A stretch of 64,000 nucleotides of DNA from an uncultured Acidobacteriota bacterium (GCA_963695655.1 CAVOHG010000009.1:229924-293923); one strand, 5' to 3'; counted from the first letter of the stretch, positions 42,044 through 60,396 are shown. Translations and numbers: made by a program. Notes: a model not told the origin generated them from the letters alone.

Positions 42044-42279
42044 CTTCCGCCTGAAGGCGGAAGCTACGATGCGGCTGGAATCGTCGTGTGCTTCTGGTCG
42101 ATGGCGAAGCTACGACGCAGCGAGTTCCTTGTCTTCTGCCGTCTTCCGGCTGAAGGCCGAAGCTACGATGCCGCTAGAATCGGCGTCTGCTTGTGGTCGA
42201 TCGCGAAAGCTACGAAGCAGCGAGATCCTTGGCGTCTTCCGGCTGAAGGCGGAAGCTACGATGCGGCTGGAATCGCCGT
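42044..42279 (-). repeat. Composite REP array: three REP copies within 99- and 93-bp repeat units
   Basis: REPs at 42044, 42143 and 42236, each followed by GATGC(G/C)GCT(G/A)GAATCG. Confidence 0.88.
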
Positions 42280-42316
42280 GCGGGACGAAACCGCGTCCTG
42301 CCCGGCGCCAAGGATG

Positions 42317-42814
42317 TTACGCGCGGACCGCTCGCACTCGGCGACGCGGCCGTTGGGACGCTGACACGGACTTGACGATGGTCCGGCCGCCGCCGGTTTT
42401 CGGAAGCGGAACATCAGACTGCGCGATGGCCGCACGGATCAGCGCGCGAACGGCAGGCGTCTTCAACGTCGCCGCACTCGGCAGCCGGACGAAGCGGTTC
42501 TGATTGCCGCTCCCGAGGAGAATCTTCTTCGGATCGGGAAGCGTCGCGCCGTAGTAAAAAGAGAGCGCTACACCTCTCGCCGATGCGGCCAGCGAGACGA
42601 TGCAATGCGAGGGTCGGTCACTCGCGCAATACCCGATCACCAGGAAATTGTAATTGTCGTATACGAGCTCGTTCGCGGTGGGCAGCAGCTTGCGCACAGC
42701 TGCCCGCGTGGAGCGCAGCACCGCGGCGACGTCAGCGTCGAACCTGGCGATGAAGCCGGCGAGCTGCTTCGCCGCTGACGGAGTGGACGGCTGGTCCGGT
42801 GAGGTCGGTGGCAT
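42317..42814 (-). CDS. DUF1801 (YdhG-like) protein
   Basis: ELVYDNYNFLVIGY and LPDPKKILLGSGNQNRFVRL patterns. Confidence 0.75.
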   Translation of the reverse strand: MPPTSPDQPSTPSAAKQLAGFIARFDADVAAVLRSTRAAVRKLLPTANELVYDNYNFLVIGYCASDRPSHCIVSLAASARGVALSFYYGATLPDPKKILLGSGNQNRFVRLPSAATLKTPAVRALIRAAIAQSDVPLPKTGGGRTIVKSVSASQRPRRRVRAVRA

Positions 42815-42895
42815 GCCGCTCCTGACGTTGGACGTCGCCGTGATGACGGTCGCGCGGCCCGGTCCACAGAATTGAGGTGTCGCGTCCCCGGAGAG

Positions 42896-43126
42896 CTACC
42901 GCCCGGCGTCCGCCGAACTGCTGCCGCGACGCAAAGCGTCGCCGTCCGCGCGAACCAGGTTCAACTCCCGAGGCTCGGCAAGCGCGACGGCATCATGCTT
43001 TCCCCCGGGACCCCGCCTCTTCGGTTCGAGCACTCCAGCGTACGGATCTTCCGCAGCGTCCGGAGGGAACCAGGGAAACCCTCGTGCTGAGAGGCGTGCC
43101 GCAATCGCCATCAGATGGGACCACAT
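42896..43126 (-). CDS. Small hypothetical protein (76 aa)
   Basis: GGGGAG RBS before ATG; same strand as neighbours; PPDAAEDPYAGVLEPKRRGPGG...AVALAEP core. Confidence 0.55.
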   Translation of the reverse strand: MWSHLMAIAARLSARGFPWFPPDAAEDPYAGVLEPKRRGPGGKHDAVALAEPRELNLVRADGDALRRGSSSADAGR

Positions 43127-43163
43127 AGTGACTCCCCCATGATACCCGTCGTCAGTTCATGAA

Positions 43164-43340
43164 TTAATCAGTGATCGGCCTGGTGCTATCCCGGCCGAGA
43201 AGATTGCCCTCGACCATGCGGACGCGGATGGTTCCGAAGTGCCTGGTCCTCCAGCGGGCCATGCCGGATTCACCGGCGTGTTCCGTCGAATCGATCGTGG
43301 CCCAATCGGTCACCTCGAACGGAATGTCGCTCATGCGCAT
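43164..43340 (-). pseudogene. Truncated DHCW-motif cupin gene
   Basis: Manual translation MRMSDIPFEVTDWATIDSTEHAGESGMARWRTRHFGTIRVRMVE, then loss of frame. An alternate frame reads PG*HQADH*; the C-terminal half is absent. Confidence 0.65.
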
Positions 43341-43702
43341 GGCGATTCCACCTGCCAGCTTCTCACAAAACCGCCGGCGAGAGCTGCGGGAGCCATGAAG
43401 GTGAGCGCCGTCAGCTGGGACCAGCGCGAACCTGCACCGGGTTGGGCGAGCAACGACACGCTGGCACCAGTCGCCAGGATCAGGGCGACGACAGCGGCGT
43501 GCTGGCGAGGCTTGCGCGCGGCGATCGTCCCCGCCACAAACCCACCAGCCGCAGCGAAGGCGATACCGTACAGCACGCTGAACACGACGAAGCCGATGCC
43601 CTGCTCCCGGTGCGGATCGCGCCCGGTCGCCCAGAACAGCAGGACCGCCGAGACGGCAAAGACGAGATACCCGACCAATACTCCGGCGATGCTCTTGACC
43701 AT
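43331..43702 (-). CDS. Hypothetical four-TM membrane protein
   Basis: 123-aa ORF with four hydrophobic segments. Confidence 0.72.
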   Translation of the reverse strand: MVKSIAGVLVGYLVFAVSAVLLFWATGRDPHREQGIGFVVFSVLYGIAFAAAGGFVAGTIAARKPRQHAAVVALILATGASVSLLAQPGAGSRWSQLTALTFMAPAALAGGFVRSWQVESPCA

Positions 43703-43761
43703 ATTCGACGGGACTACGATACGGACATCAGATGAACGAACGGCCAGCTCGAGTCAGAGGA

Positions 43762-44637
43762 CTACGAGCCGCTTTTCAGGTCGAGCGTTCTCTTCAGCCA
43801 CTCGATCATCTCGGCCTTGTAGTGCTGCTGGTCGGCATCTTTCCACGAACCCATGCCGTGCCCGCCGGCCTCGACGGTGATGATGTCGCAGCGGCTCCCG
43901 ACCTTCTGCATCGCGGCGCAGAGCATCGGCGATTGCTCGTACGGGACCTGGTCGTCACGAGTGCCGTGGATGGCGAGGAACGGGGGCATGCCCTTGTGAA
44001 CGGCAAAGAGCGGCGATATTGCCTTCAATTTTGCGTAGCTCGCTTCGTCGTAGCCTTCGGCGCCGAAGAACCAGATGCTTCCACCCGCCTTCTGATGGCC
44101 GTTGATCGACGCCATGTTGAAGCGCGCAGGATACGCCTGACGCTGTCGTGCGATCTTCTCGTAGTCGACCGGACCATAGATGTCGACAACCGCAGCGACC
44201 TTCGTCGCCGCGGTCTCATGGGTCGCCGCGTAGTTGACGAGGAACCCGCCGGCTGATTCACCCGCCAGCACGATTCTCGCGGGATCCACTTTGTATGTGG
44301 ATGCGTTCGCCTTGACCCACTTGATCGCGTTGTCGATGTCTTCCCTGGCTTCGGGGAAGCGGAACTCCGGGGCCATGCGGTAGTCGATGCTGAACCACGC
44401 GAAACCGGCGTCCGCGAGCGGCTGGAACGTCGGCGCCATGTTGGTGGCGCGGCTGCCGGCATCGAATCCGCCGCCGTGCACGAGAATCGCCGCCGGAAAC
44501 GGGCCCGGCCCATCCGGTACATGCAGATCGAGCAGAAGGGGATGGCCCCCGGGCCTTCCGTATTCAACCCCCTTCTGATCTGTGGCCGTGACGGCCAGGC
44601 TGGCAGCGCACACGAGGGCGACAATGATGGAGTTCAT
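43762..44637 (-). CDS. Exported alpha/beta hydrolase (esterase, HSL/BD-FAE-like)
   Basis: VHGGG, IDYRMAP, GESAGG, HGTRDDQV and GGHG motifs. Confidence 0.92.
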   Translation of the reverse strand: MNSIIVALVCAASLAVTATDQKGVEYGRPGGHPLLLDLHVPDGPGPFPAAILVHGGGFDAGSRATNMAPTFQPLADAGFAWFSIDYRMAPEFRFPEAREDIDNAIKWVKANASTYKVDPARIVLAGESAGGFLVNYAATHETAATKVAAVVDIYGPVDYEKIARQRQAYPARFNMASINGHQKAGGSIWFFGAEGYDEASYAKLKAISPLFAVHKGMPPFLAIHGTRDDQVPYEQSPMLCAAMQKVGSRCDIITVEAGGHGMGSWKDADQQHYKAEMIEWLKRTLDLKSGS

Positions 44638-44722
44638 GAGGCGGACTGTATCAGCTTCGACTCGGGATTCGGCATTCGGGATTCGGGAGCAAGACAGGCG
44701 CAAAGCTGGGTCGAACGTACAA

Positions 44723-44754
44723 CAAAAAGGGCGGTGACCTTTCGATCACCGCCC
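44723..44754 (-). terminator. Intrinsic terminator downstream of rpoC
   Basis: Minus strand reads GGGCGGTGA-TCGAAAGG-TCACCGCCC-TTTTTG. Confidence 0.8.
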
Positions 44755-44788
44755 CAGCGACTCTTCTCTTCTTGGCGTCTTGCGTTTC

Positions 44789-44812
44789 CTTCCGCCTAAA
44801 GGCGGAAGCCAC
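44789..44812 (-). repeat. GTGG-type REP palindrome
   Basis: CTTCCGCCTAAAGGCGGAAG-CCAC, bracketed by GGGATTC (about 44660-44688) and CCCGAAT (about 44872-44908) heptamer tracts. Confidence 0.85.
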
Positions 44813-44925
44813 TCGCCTTCGCTCCGTCGATCCGTTCCGAGCTTCGGCGCGGCGGGCCCGCCCGTATGCCGACCCGAGCCCCGGATCCCGAGTCCCGAAT
44901 CCCGATTCAGGGCAACGAAGCTGCC

Positions 44926-49135
<4,210 letters not shown>

Positions 49136-49151
49136 CTGTATCCTTCGGTGT

Positions 49152-49246
49152 TAGCTTCCAGCTACCAGCTACCAGCTTCCAGCTAAACGTGCTGCCAACT
49201 CCCGCCGTGATTTCCAGCTGGAAGCTGGAAGCCGGGAGCTGGCAGC
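49152..49246. repeat. Fold-back heptamer tracts (AGCTTCC / AGCTACC then GGAAGCT)
   Basis: rpoB-rpoC spacer: four 7-mers, a loop, then reverse-complement 7-mers. Confidence 0.85.
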
Positions 49247-49252
49247 CCTTTC

Positions 49253-53558
<4,306 letters not shown>

Positions 53559-53569
53559 GCTCTAAAAAC

Positions 53570-53670
53570 CCTCGGGGATTCGGGGTTCGGGACTCGGATT
53601 CGGGGCTCGAACTGACCCGGGGTCCAGGACGGAATCCGTGCCGATTCCGGGCCCTGGCACCCGAGTCCCA
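53570..53670. repeat. Heptamer tract (CGGGGTT / CGGGACT) with partial fold-back
   Basis: rplL-rpoB spacer. Confidence 0.7.
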
Positions 53671-53699
53671 CAAATGAGGCGGCGCAAGGCGCCGCCGAC

Positions 53700-54089
53700 T
53701 TACTTGATCTCGACCTTCGCGCCGACGTCTTCGAACTTCTTCTTGATCGCCTCGGCTTCGTCCTTCGGGATCCCTTCCTTGATCGGCTTGGGCGCGCCCT
53801 CGACGAGGTCCTTGGCTTCCTTCAGTCCGAGACTGGTCACTTCGCGAACAACCTTGATCACGTTGATCTTGTTGCCGCCGACTTCGGTCAGCGTCGCGGT
53901 GAACTCGGTCTTCTCTTCGACCGGTGCAGCGGCGCCGCCGCCCGCTCCGCCCGCCGGCATTGCCATCGGCATTGCCGCGGCCGCGGACACGCCAAGCTCC
54001 TTTTCGAGCTCCTTCACGAGCTGCGACAGCTCGAGCACGGAAATTCCCTTGATGTAGTCGACGACCTGCTGCTGATTCAATTCGGCCAT
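53700..54089 (-). CDS. rplL: 50S ribosomal protein L7/L12
   Basis: [16 protein letters not shown] and [11 protein letters not shown] motifs; own RBS AGGAG before ATG 54089. Confidence 0.97.
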   Translation of the reverse strand: MAELNQQQVVDYIKGISVLELSQLVKELEKELGVSAAAAMPMAMPAGGAGGGAAAPVEEKTEFTATLTEVGGNKINVIKVVREVTSLGLKEAKDLVEGAPKPIKEGIPKDEAEAIKKKFEDVGAKVEIK

Positions 54090-54117
54090 TACTCTCTCTC
54101 CTAAAGCTGACGATGAA

Positions 54118-54196
54118 AGCTGTCCAGCTGCCCAGTTTCCAGTCCGGCTGTCAGTTCGCGGCGCTGGAACTGGCGAGCTGGCGAGCTGGATAGCTT
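54118..54196. repeat. Fold-back heptamer tracts (CCAGCT...AGCTGG)
   Basis: rplJ-rplL spacer. Confidence 0.75.
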
Positions 54197-54200
54197 TCCT

Positions 54201-54740
54201 CTTCGCGGAAGCTCCGCCTTCCGATCTCTTTTTCTCCGCCTGCACGAGCACGCTCATCAGGTCGCGCGGGGCGGCATTGAGCACGCTGACGATCTGGACC
54301 ATCGGCGCCTGGAGCAGGAACAGGAGCTTGGCGTAAAGCTCGGGCTTCCCGGGCAGCGACGCGAGCTCGGTGACCTCGCCGGCCTGCACCGACCGCCCCT
54401 GGACGACGGCCGCCTTGATCTTGATCGCCGGCGCCGTCTTCGCGAACGTCGTCAACACCTTCGCGAGGGCGACGGGGTCGTCGCCGCTGTACAGGATCGC
54501 GGTGGTGCCGACGAGATGCTCGGTGAGAGGTTCGAAGGCCGTCCCCTTCACCGCGCGGATCGCGAGCGTGTTCTTGATGACCTTGTAGCGTCCCTGCACG
54601 CCGCGAACCTGGCGCCGCAGCTCCGTGGCATCCGGAACGTTCAGACCCCGGTAGTCGACCAGGATCGCGCTTTCCGTTCCACGGAACGCGCCTTCGAGCT
54701 CCTCGAGCTCGGCCGCCTTGCTTGCTTTCGTGACTGCCAT
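54201..54740 (-). CDS. rplJ: 50S ribosomal protein L10 (3' end approximate; no in-frame stop before rplL as assembled)
   Basis: LVDYRGL, ELRRQ, VIKNTL and LASLP motifs. Confidence 0.95.
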
Positions 54741-55444
54741 TAGTGTTTCACCGCCTCGGTCACGTGCGTGGTATCGATGACGATCCCGGGGCCCATCGTC
54801 GACGACAGGGTGACGCTCTTCAGATACTTGCCCTTGGCCGCGGACGGCTTCGCCCGCACGACGCTGTCGACGAGCGCGTGCGCGTTCTCGACCAGGTTCT
54901 GCGTCGGGAAGGAGGCCTTCCCGATCGGCGCGTGGACGATACCGGTCTTGTCGACCCGGAATTCGACCTTACCCGCCTTGATCTCGCGAACCGCTCTGGC
55001 GATGTCCGGCGTGACGGTGCCGGTCTTCGGATTCGGCATCAGTCCGCGGGGACCGAGGACCTTGCCGAGCTTGCCGACCGCGCGCATCATGTCCGGAGTC
55101 GCGACGACGGCATCGAAGTCCATCCAGCCGCCCTGGATCTTGTCGACCAGCTCTTCGCCGCCGACGAAATCCGCTCCGGCGTCGAGCGCGTCCTTCTGCT
55201 TGTCTCCGCCGGCAATCGCGAGCACGCGCTTGGTCTTGCCAAGACCGTGCGGCAGGACCACCGTGCCACGGACCATCTGGTCCGCATGCTTGGGGTCGAC
55301 GCCAAGGCGCAGCGCGATTTCGACGGTCTCGTCGAACTTCGCGAACTTCACCTTCTGCATCAGCGGAATCGCATCCTCGATCGTGTGAGGACGCTCGGGA
55401 ACGAGCTGCCGGGCGGCAGCGAATTTCTTGCCTGACTTACGCAT
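54740..55444 (-). CDS. rplA: 50S ribosomal protein L1
   Basis: [23 protein letters not shown] and SSTMGPG motifs. Confidence 0.98.
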   Translation of the reverse strand: MRKSGKKFAAARQLVPERPHTIEDAIPLMQKVKFAKFDETVEIALRLGVDPKHADQMVRGTVVLPHGLGKTKRVLAIAGGDKQKDALDAGADFVGGEELVDKIQGGWMDFDAVVATPDMMRAVGKLGKVLGPRGLMPNPKTGTVTPDIARAVREIKAGKVEFRVDKTGIVHAPIGKASFPTQNLVENAHALVDSVVRAKPSAAKGKYLKSVTLSSTMGPGIVIDTTHVTEAVKH

Positions 55445-55456
55445 TGTGTTGCCTCG

Positions 55457-55491
55457 GTGGTGCTGACGGTCGCCCGAAGGCGGCCTCCCAC
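55457..55491 (-). promoter_or_regulatory. Putative L1-binding autoregulatory RNA element upstream of rplA
   Basis: Minus strand GTGGGAGG-CCGCCTTCGGGCGA-CCGTCAGCACCAC matches the GUGG-GAG-stem-internal loop-CCAC architecture of L1 operators, directly before the rplA RBS. Confidence 0.7.
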
Positions 55492-55497
55492 TTCAAA

Positions 55498-55575
55498 AGT
55501 TGCCAGTTCCCAGTTGCCAGTTCCAGTTCCCAGTCACGCACTGGAAACCGGTTACTGGCTACTGGAGACTAGCCA
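55498..55575. repeat. Fold-back heptamer tracts (AGTTGCC / AGTTCCC then ACTGGNN)
   Basis: rplK-rplA spacer; the tract register runs into the rplK TAG. Confidence 0.88.
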
Positions 55576-55994
55576 ATTACATCGATTCCCATCGACCGCG
55601 CCGTGCCCGCCACCGTCTTGTAGGCGGCTTCGGGGGACCCGCAGTTCAGGTCGGGCATCTTCAGCTTGGCGATGTCCTCGACCTGCTTCCGCGTCACGGT
55701 GCCGACCTTGTTCTTGTTGGGCTCGTTCGAACCCTTGGCAAGATTGGCGGCCCGCTTCAGCAGGACGGACGCCGGCGGCGTCTTGGTGATGAAGCTGTAC
55801 GACCGGTCGGCGTACACGGTGACAACGACGGGGATGATCAGACCCTCGTCCTTGGCCGTCCGGGAATTGAAGTTTTTACAGAAGTCCATGATATTGACGC
55901 CGTGAGGACCCAAAGCGGTCCCAACCGGCGGCGCGGGGGTTGCTTTCCCCGCCGCAATCTGGAGCTTCACCATCGCTTGAACTTTTTTAGCCAT
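55569..55994 (-). CDS. rplK: 50S ribosomal protein L11
   Basis: [20 protein letters not shown] and GTARSMG motifs. Confidence 0.98.
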   Translation of the reverse strand: MAKKVQAMVKLQIAAGKATPAPPVGTALGPHGVNIMDFCKNFNSRTAKDEGLIIPVVVTVYADRSYSFITKTPPASVLLKRAANLAKGSNEPNKNKVGTVTRKQVEDIAKLKMPDLNCGSPEAAYKTVAGTARSMGIDVIG

Positions 55995-56002
55995 TGCTCG
56001 CC

Positions 56003-56058
56003 CTTCCGGCTAAAGCCGGAAGCTACAAATCTTGGTAGCTTCCGCCTTCAGGCGGAAG
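56003..56058. repeat. Inverted REP doublet in the nusG-rplK spacer
   Basis: CTTCCGGCTAAAGCCGGAAG-CTAC, 8 nt, GTAG-CTTCCGCCTTCAGGCGGAAG. Confidence 0.9.
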
Positions 56059-56063
56059 TCCCC

Positions 56064-56615
56064 CTACAGTTTCTCTACCTGCAAAAAATCCAGCTCAACC
56101 GGTGTCGCACGACCGAAGATCGTGACCATCACCTTGAGCGTATTCCGGTCGAGGTTCACTTCGTCCACGGTGCCGTTGAAGCTCGTGAACGGACCCTCGT
56201 TGATCCGGACCTGATCGCCCTTTTCGAACGAGTACTTCGGCTTCGGCTTCTCGGCCGCCACGGTGACCTGGTGGAGGATCTGGTCGACCTCCTCGCGCGT
56301 CAGCGGCGTCGGCTTCGCGCCCGCGCCGACGAACCCGGTGACCTTCGGCGTGTTCTTCACCACGTGCCACGCGTTGTCGGACATGTGCATCTCGACAAGG
56401 ATGTAGCCCGGAAAGAACCGCTTCGAGCTGACCACCTTCTTGCCGGCGCGCATCTCGACCACGTCCTCGGTCGGGATGAGGATCTCGCCGATCTCATCCT
56501 GGAGCCCGTACGCCTGGACCCGCTGTGCGAGCGACTCCGATACTTTTTTCTCGAAGCCGGAGTACGTGTGGACGATGTACCACTGCTTCGTGCGGTCGTC
56601 GGTCATGGTGGTCAT
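56064..56615 (-). CDS. nusG: Transcription termination/antitermination factor NusG
   Basis: [30 protein letters not shown] and [10 protein letters not shown] motifs; ATGA overlap with secE. Confidence 0.98.
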   Translation of the reverse strand: MTTMTDDRTKQWYIVHTYSGFEKKVSESLAQRVQAYGLQDEIGEILIPTEDVVEMRAGKKVVSSKRFFPGYILVEMHMSDNAWHVVKNTPKVTGFVGAGAKPTPLTREEVDQILHQVTVAAEKPKPKYSFEKGDQVRINEGPFTSFNGTVDEVNLDRNTLKVMVTIFGRATPVELDFLQVEKL

Positions 56616-56878
56616 GCCGCTCTGAATGCTCCGAGAACCCAATCCATTAGTCTCGTGAGGATGAAATCGACGCCGGCAAGATAGACCCCGAAGAAGATCG
56701 ACGTCAGGATGACCACCACGGTCGTGGCGTAGACTTCCTTGCGACTCGGCCACGTCACACGGCCGGTCTCGTTGCGGACCTCGGAGAGGAAACGCCGCGA
56801 GCGTCCCCACCAGCCGGTCACACTGTCCCGCGCGCGCTCGCCGATGGAGTCTTCGTGTTCCGCCATTGCCGTCTTCAT
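56612..56878 (-). CDS. secE: Preprotein translocase subunit SecE
   Basis: [17 protein letters not shown] followed by a single TM segment. Confidence 0.95.
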   Translation of the reverse strand: MKTAMAEHEDSIGERARDSVTGWWGRSRRFLSEVRNETGRVTWPSRKEVYATTVVVILTSIFFGVYLAGVDFILTRLMDWVLGAFRAA

Positions 56879-56942
56879 TTGTGCATCCTGCCAGCGTTCG
56901 CGCTGGTGCCACCCGAAGGCTGCCGACCCTAACTCCCCAACC

Positions 56943-57018
56943 TGGCAGGACAGGAGGGAATCGAACCCCCAACCCCCGGTTTTGGAGACCGGTGCTCTGC
57001 CAATTGAGCTACTGTCCT
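56943..57018 (-). tRNA. tRNA-Trp (CCA)
   Basis: 76-nt cloverleaf, anticodon loop CT-CCA-AA, GGTTCGATTCC T-arm, encoded CCA. Confidence 0.97.
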
Positions 57019-57028
57019 AAATCCCAAG

Positions 57029-57092
57029 CAGCCAGTTGCCAGTTTCCAGTAACCATCCCGACTGGTTACTGGCGACTGGAGACTGGGAACTA
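57029..57092. repeat. Fold-back heptamer tracts
   Basis: Central stem CCAGTAACCA/TGGTTACTGG; starts at the rpmG TAG. Confidence 0.88.
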
Positions 57093-57239
57093 CTTCGTCT
57101 CTCTATGCGCGATGTGTTTCCGGCAGAAGCGGCAGTACTTGCTCAGCTCGAGCCGTTCGCTCGTCTTCTTCTTGTTCTTCGTCGTGCTGTAGTTGCGGCG
57201 TTTGCACTCGGTGCACGCCAGGGCGATGATGTCTCGCAT
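57090..57239 (-). CDS. rpmG: 50S ribosomal protein L33 (zinc-binding C+ type)
   Basis: Manual translation [49 protein letters not shown]. Confidence 0.96.
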   Translation of the reverse strand: MRDIIALACTECKRRNYSTTKNKKKTSERLELSKYCRFCRKHIAHRETK

Positions 57240-57252
57240 TGCTGATCCTTGT

Positions 57253-57339
57253 CGGGACTCGGGATTCAGAATTCGGGATTCGGACTGGAGAATCGGGGTT
57301 TCCGAAACCCCGATCCCCGAGCCCTAATCCCTGATCCCT
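57253..57339. repeat. Fold-back heptamer tracts (CGGGATT...ATCCC)
   Basis: Central stem ATCGGGGTTT/AAACCCCGAT; starts 2 nt after the tuf stop. Confidence 0.88.
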
Positions 57340-57340
57340 C

Positions 57341-58541
<1,201 letters not shown>

Positions 58542-58562
58542 TGTCGTGTCCTACCTCGTGTT

Positions 58563-58618
58563 GTAGGGCGGGGCCGTCGACCCCGCCGCGCGACGGCGGA
58601 CTCCAGCGTCCGCCCTAC
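58563..58618. repeat. Second GTAG-type REP class, inverted doublet
   Basis: GTAG-GGCGGGG..CCCCGCC, 7 nt, GGCGGAC..GTCCGCC-CTAC. Confidence 0.75.
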
Positions 58619-58776
58619 AGTCGTCCGTCTCGAAAATCCCGTCCGCGCCGCAGCGCGTCGTGCTCGTTCATCGTCAAACCGTCCGCCTTCGCCGCTCTCG
58701 CGGCTACGGCGCGACAGACTTCGCGACGGCTGGCTGGCCGAGACGAAGCTCGTCGAGTGTCCAGCCGAGCGAAGTC

Positions 58777-58852
58777 TGGAGCCGATGACCAGGATCGAAC
58801 TGGTGACCTCGTCCTTACCAAGGACGTGCTCTGCCAACTGAGCTACATCGGC
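58777..58852 (-). tRNA. tRNA-Thr (GGT)
   Basis: 76-nt cloverleaf, anticodon loop TT-GGT-AA, encoded CCA. Confidence 0.97.
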
Positions 58853-59010
58853 CCGCCTTCGCTGCTCCGCAGCTTCGGCGCGGTAAACCCTTTGCGCCTC
58901 CGGCCCGACAAGTCGGCCCACCTTCGGGGACTTCGACCCGGCAAGCCCTCGCCGAAACAGCGACTTGCCTGCCTAGCCGAAGCTCACGCGCGATGCGCGT
59001 GAGCGAAGGC

Positions 59011-59085
59011 TGGAGCGGGAGACGGGGATCGAACCCGCGACCAACAGCTTGGAAGGCTGTGACTCTACCACTGAGTTACTCCCGC
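59011..59085 (-). tRNA. tRNA-Gly (TCC)
   Basis: 75-nt cloverleaf, anticodon loop CT-TCC-AA, encoded CCA. Confidence 0.97.
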
Positions 59086-59270
59086 CTTCGCGCCTCGCGG
59101 CGCTCTGTTCCGCTCGGCGCTACGGCGGGCAAGCCCGCCGTGTCTTACATCGAACTCGGCCCCGCTGCTGGCCTGCCGTGCCTTGCTTGCCGAGCCGACG
59201 CCCAGCGCCCTTGTTGCCCAGCCTGACTTGCCTGCCGAGCCGAAACCCGGCGCGAGCGCCGGGCGAAGGC

Positions 59271-59357
59271 TGGTGGCGAGGGGAGGATTCGAACCTCCGA
59301 AGCCGCTGGGGCGACAGATTTACAGTCTGTTGCGTTTGACCGCTTCGCTACCTCGCC
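59271..59357 (-). tRNA. tRNA-Tyr (GTA)
   Basis: 87 nt with long variable arm, anticodon loop CT-GTA-AA, encoded CCA. Confidence 0.97.
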
Positions 59358-59497
59358 GATACCGTGCCCACACGTTTCAGCGCGCCGGAGCATGCTCCCG
59401 CGCTGACGGCTGAGGGCTTGTCTTTCGTGATGTCAGGATTGCGCCGTCGCGAATTTACCTGCGGATCGGCCGCGCCGAAACCCTTCTCTGGTGCTCG

Positions 59498-59574
59498 TGG
59501 AGCTGGCGAAGGGATTCGAACCCCCGACCGGCTGATTACAAATCAGCTGCTCTACCGGACTGAGCTACGCCAGC
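59498..59574 (-). tRNA. tRNA-Thr (TGT)
   Basis: 77-nt cloverleaf, anticodon loop TT-TGT-AA, encoded CCA. Confidence 0.97.
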
Positions 59575-59589
59575 CCAGACAAAAGAGTA

Positions 59590-59619
59590 TTTGTAGCACA
59601 TGCCGTGCCACGACTGCAA
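59590..59619 (-). promoter_or_regulatory. Candidate sigma70-type promoter of the tRNA-tuf operon
   Basis: TTGCAG, 18 nt ending TGC, then TACAAA, 15 nt before the first tRNA; imperfect consensus. Confidence 0.4.
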
Positions 59620-59659
59620 GCCGACGACAGCCTCCGAAAGTGCTGAAAATTTTTTTCGT

Positions 59660-60394
59660 TCAAATTCCTAATGTTTTCACCTTGTTCCGCTGCCTGGCGG
59701 CTTCAAATAAAACTATTCCGGCCGCCACCGAGACGTTCAGGCTGCTGACCGCTCCGTACATCGAAATCGACACCAATCGGTCACACCGCTCGCGGACGAG
59801 GCGCCGAAGCCCGGTGCCCTCCGCGCCCAAGACCAGGGCCGTCGGTACCGTGTAATCGATGGCTTCGTATCGCTCCGGCGCATCGCCGGCCAGCCCCACC
59901 GTCCAGACCCCGAGCTCTTTCAGTTCACCCACCGCGCGGGCGATGTTCACCTCGGTGGCGATCGGCACATGTGCCACGGCCCCGGCCGACGCCTTCGCGG
60001 CAACACCATCGAGCGCCGCGGCATGACGTGCCTGCCGCACGACGCCGTGCGCGCCGGCCGCGTCAACCGTACGCAGGATGGCGCCCACGTTGTGCGGATC
60101 TTCGATGCCGTCGAGCACGACGATCAGCGGCGCCGCCGGCGCGGCCCGCTCGACGATCTGCGCGAGGCTGTAGTCGCGCGGCGGATCCACGTCCGCGACA
60201 ATCCCCTGGTGAACGCCGCCACGCGCCACCTGGTCGATGGTGCCGCCGTCCACACGCTCAACCCCGATGCCCTTCGTGCGCGCGAGGGCGATCGCTTCCT
60301 CGATCCGGCGATCGCCGCGCGGCCCCACCCGCAGCCGACGCACTCGGCCGGTGCGCAGCGCTTCGAGCACGGGATTGAGGCCGTAGATGATCAT
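59660..60394 (-). CDS. rlmB: 23S rRNA Gm2251 methyltransferase
   Basis: HQGIVA, LDGIEDPHNVGAILR, LGAEGTG and SLNVSVA SPOUT motifs. Confidence 0.95.
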   Translation of the reverse strand: MIIYGLNPVLEALRTGRVRRLRVGPRGDRRIEEAIALARTKGIGVERVDGGTIDQVARGGVHQGIVADVDPPRDYSLAQIVERAAPAAPLIVVLDGIEDPHNVGAILRTVDAAGAHGVVRQARHAAALDGVAAKASAGAVAHVPIATEVNIARAVGELKELGVWTVGLAGDAPERYEAIDYTVPTALVLGAEGTGLRRLVRERCDRLVSISMYGAVSSLNVSVAAGIVLFEAARQRNKVKTLGI

Positions 60395-60396
60395 TG

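Larger units (their letters stand above)
58683..59270. repeat. Recurrent palindromic motifs in the tRNA spacers
   Basis: CCGCCTTCGC...GCT(A/T)CGGCG at about 58683, 58853 and 59082; CTTGCCTGCC.AGCCGAA-hairpin-GCGAAGGC at about 58964 and 59227, each ending at a tRNA 3' end. Confidence 0.7.

Noticed and set aside
42044-42279. Possible degenerate CRISPR array
   Set aside because: The two linkers are homologous to each other and about 70 nt long, and the repeat is the dispersed REP.
41834-42503. ORFs containing repeated FRLKAEAT / LPAEGGSY peptides
   Set aside because: These are translations of the REP array, not supported proteins.
58777-59574. Integrative element at a tRNA gene
   Set aside because: No integrase and no duplicated tRNA 3' end; the order matches the standard Thr-Tyr-Gly-Thr-tuf operon.
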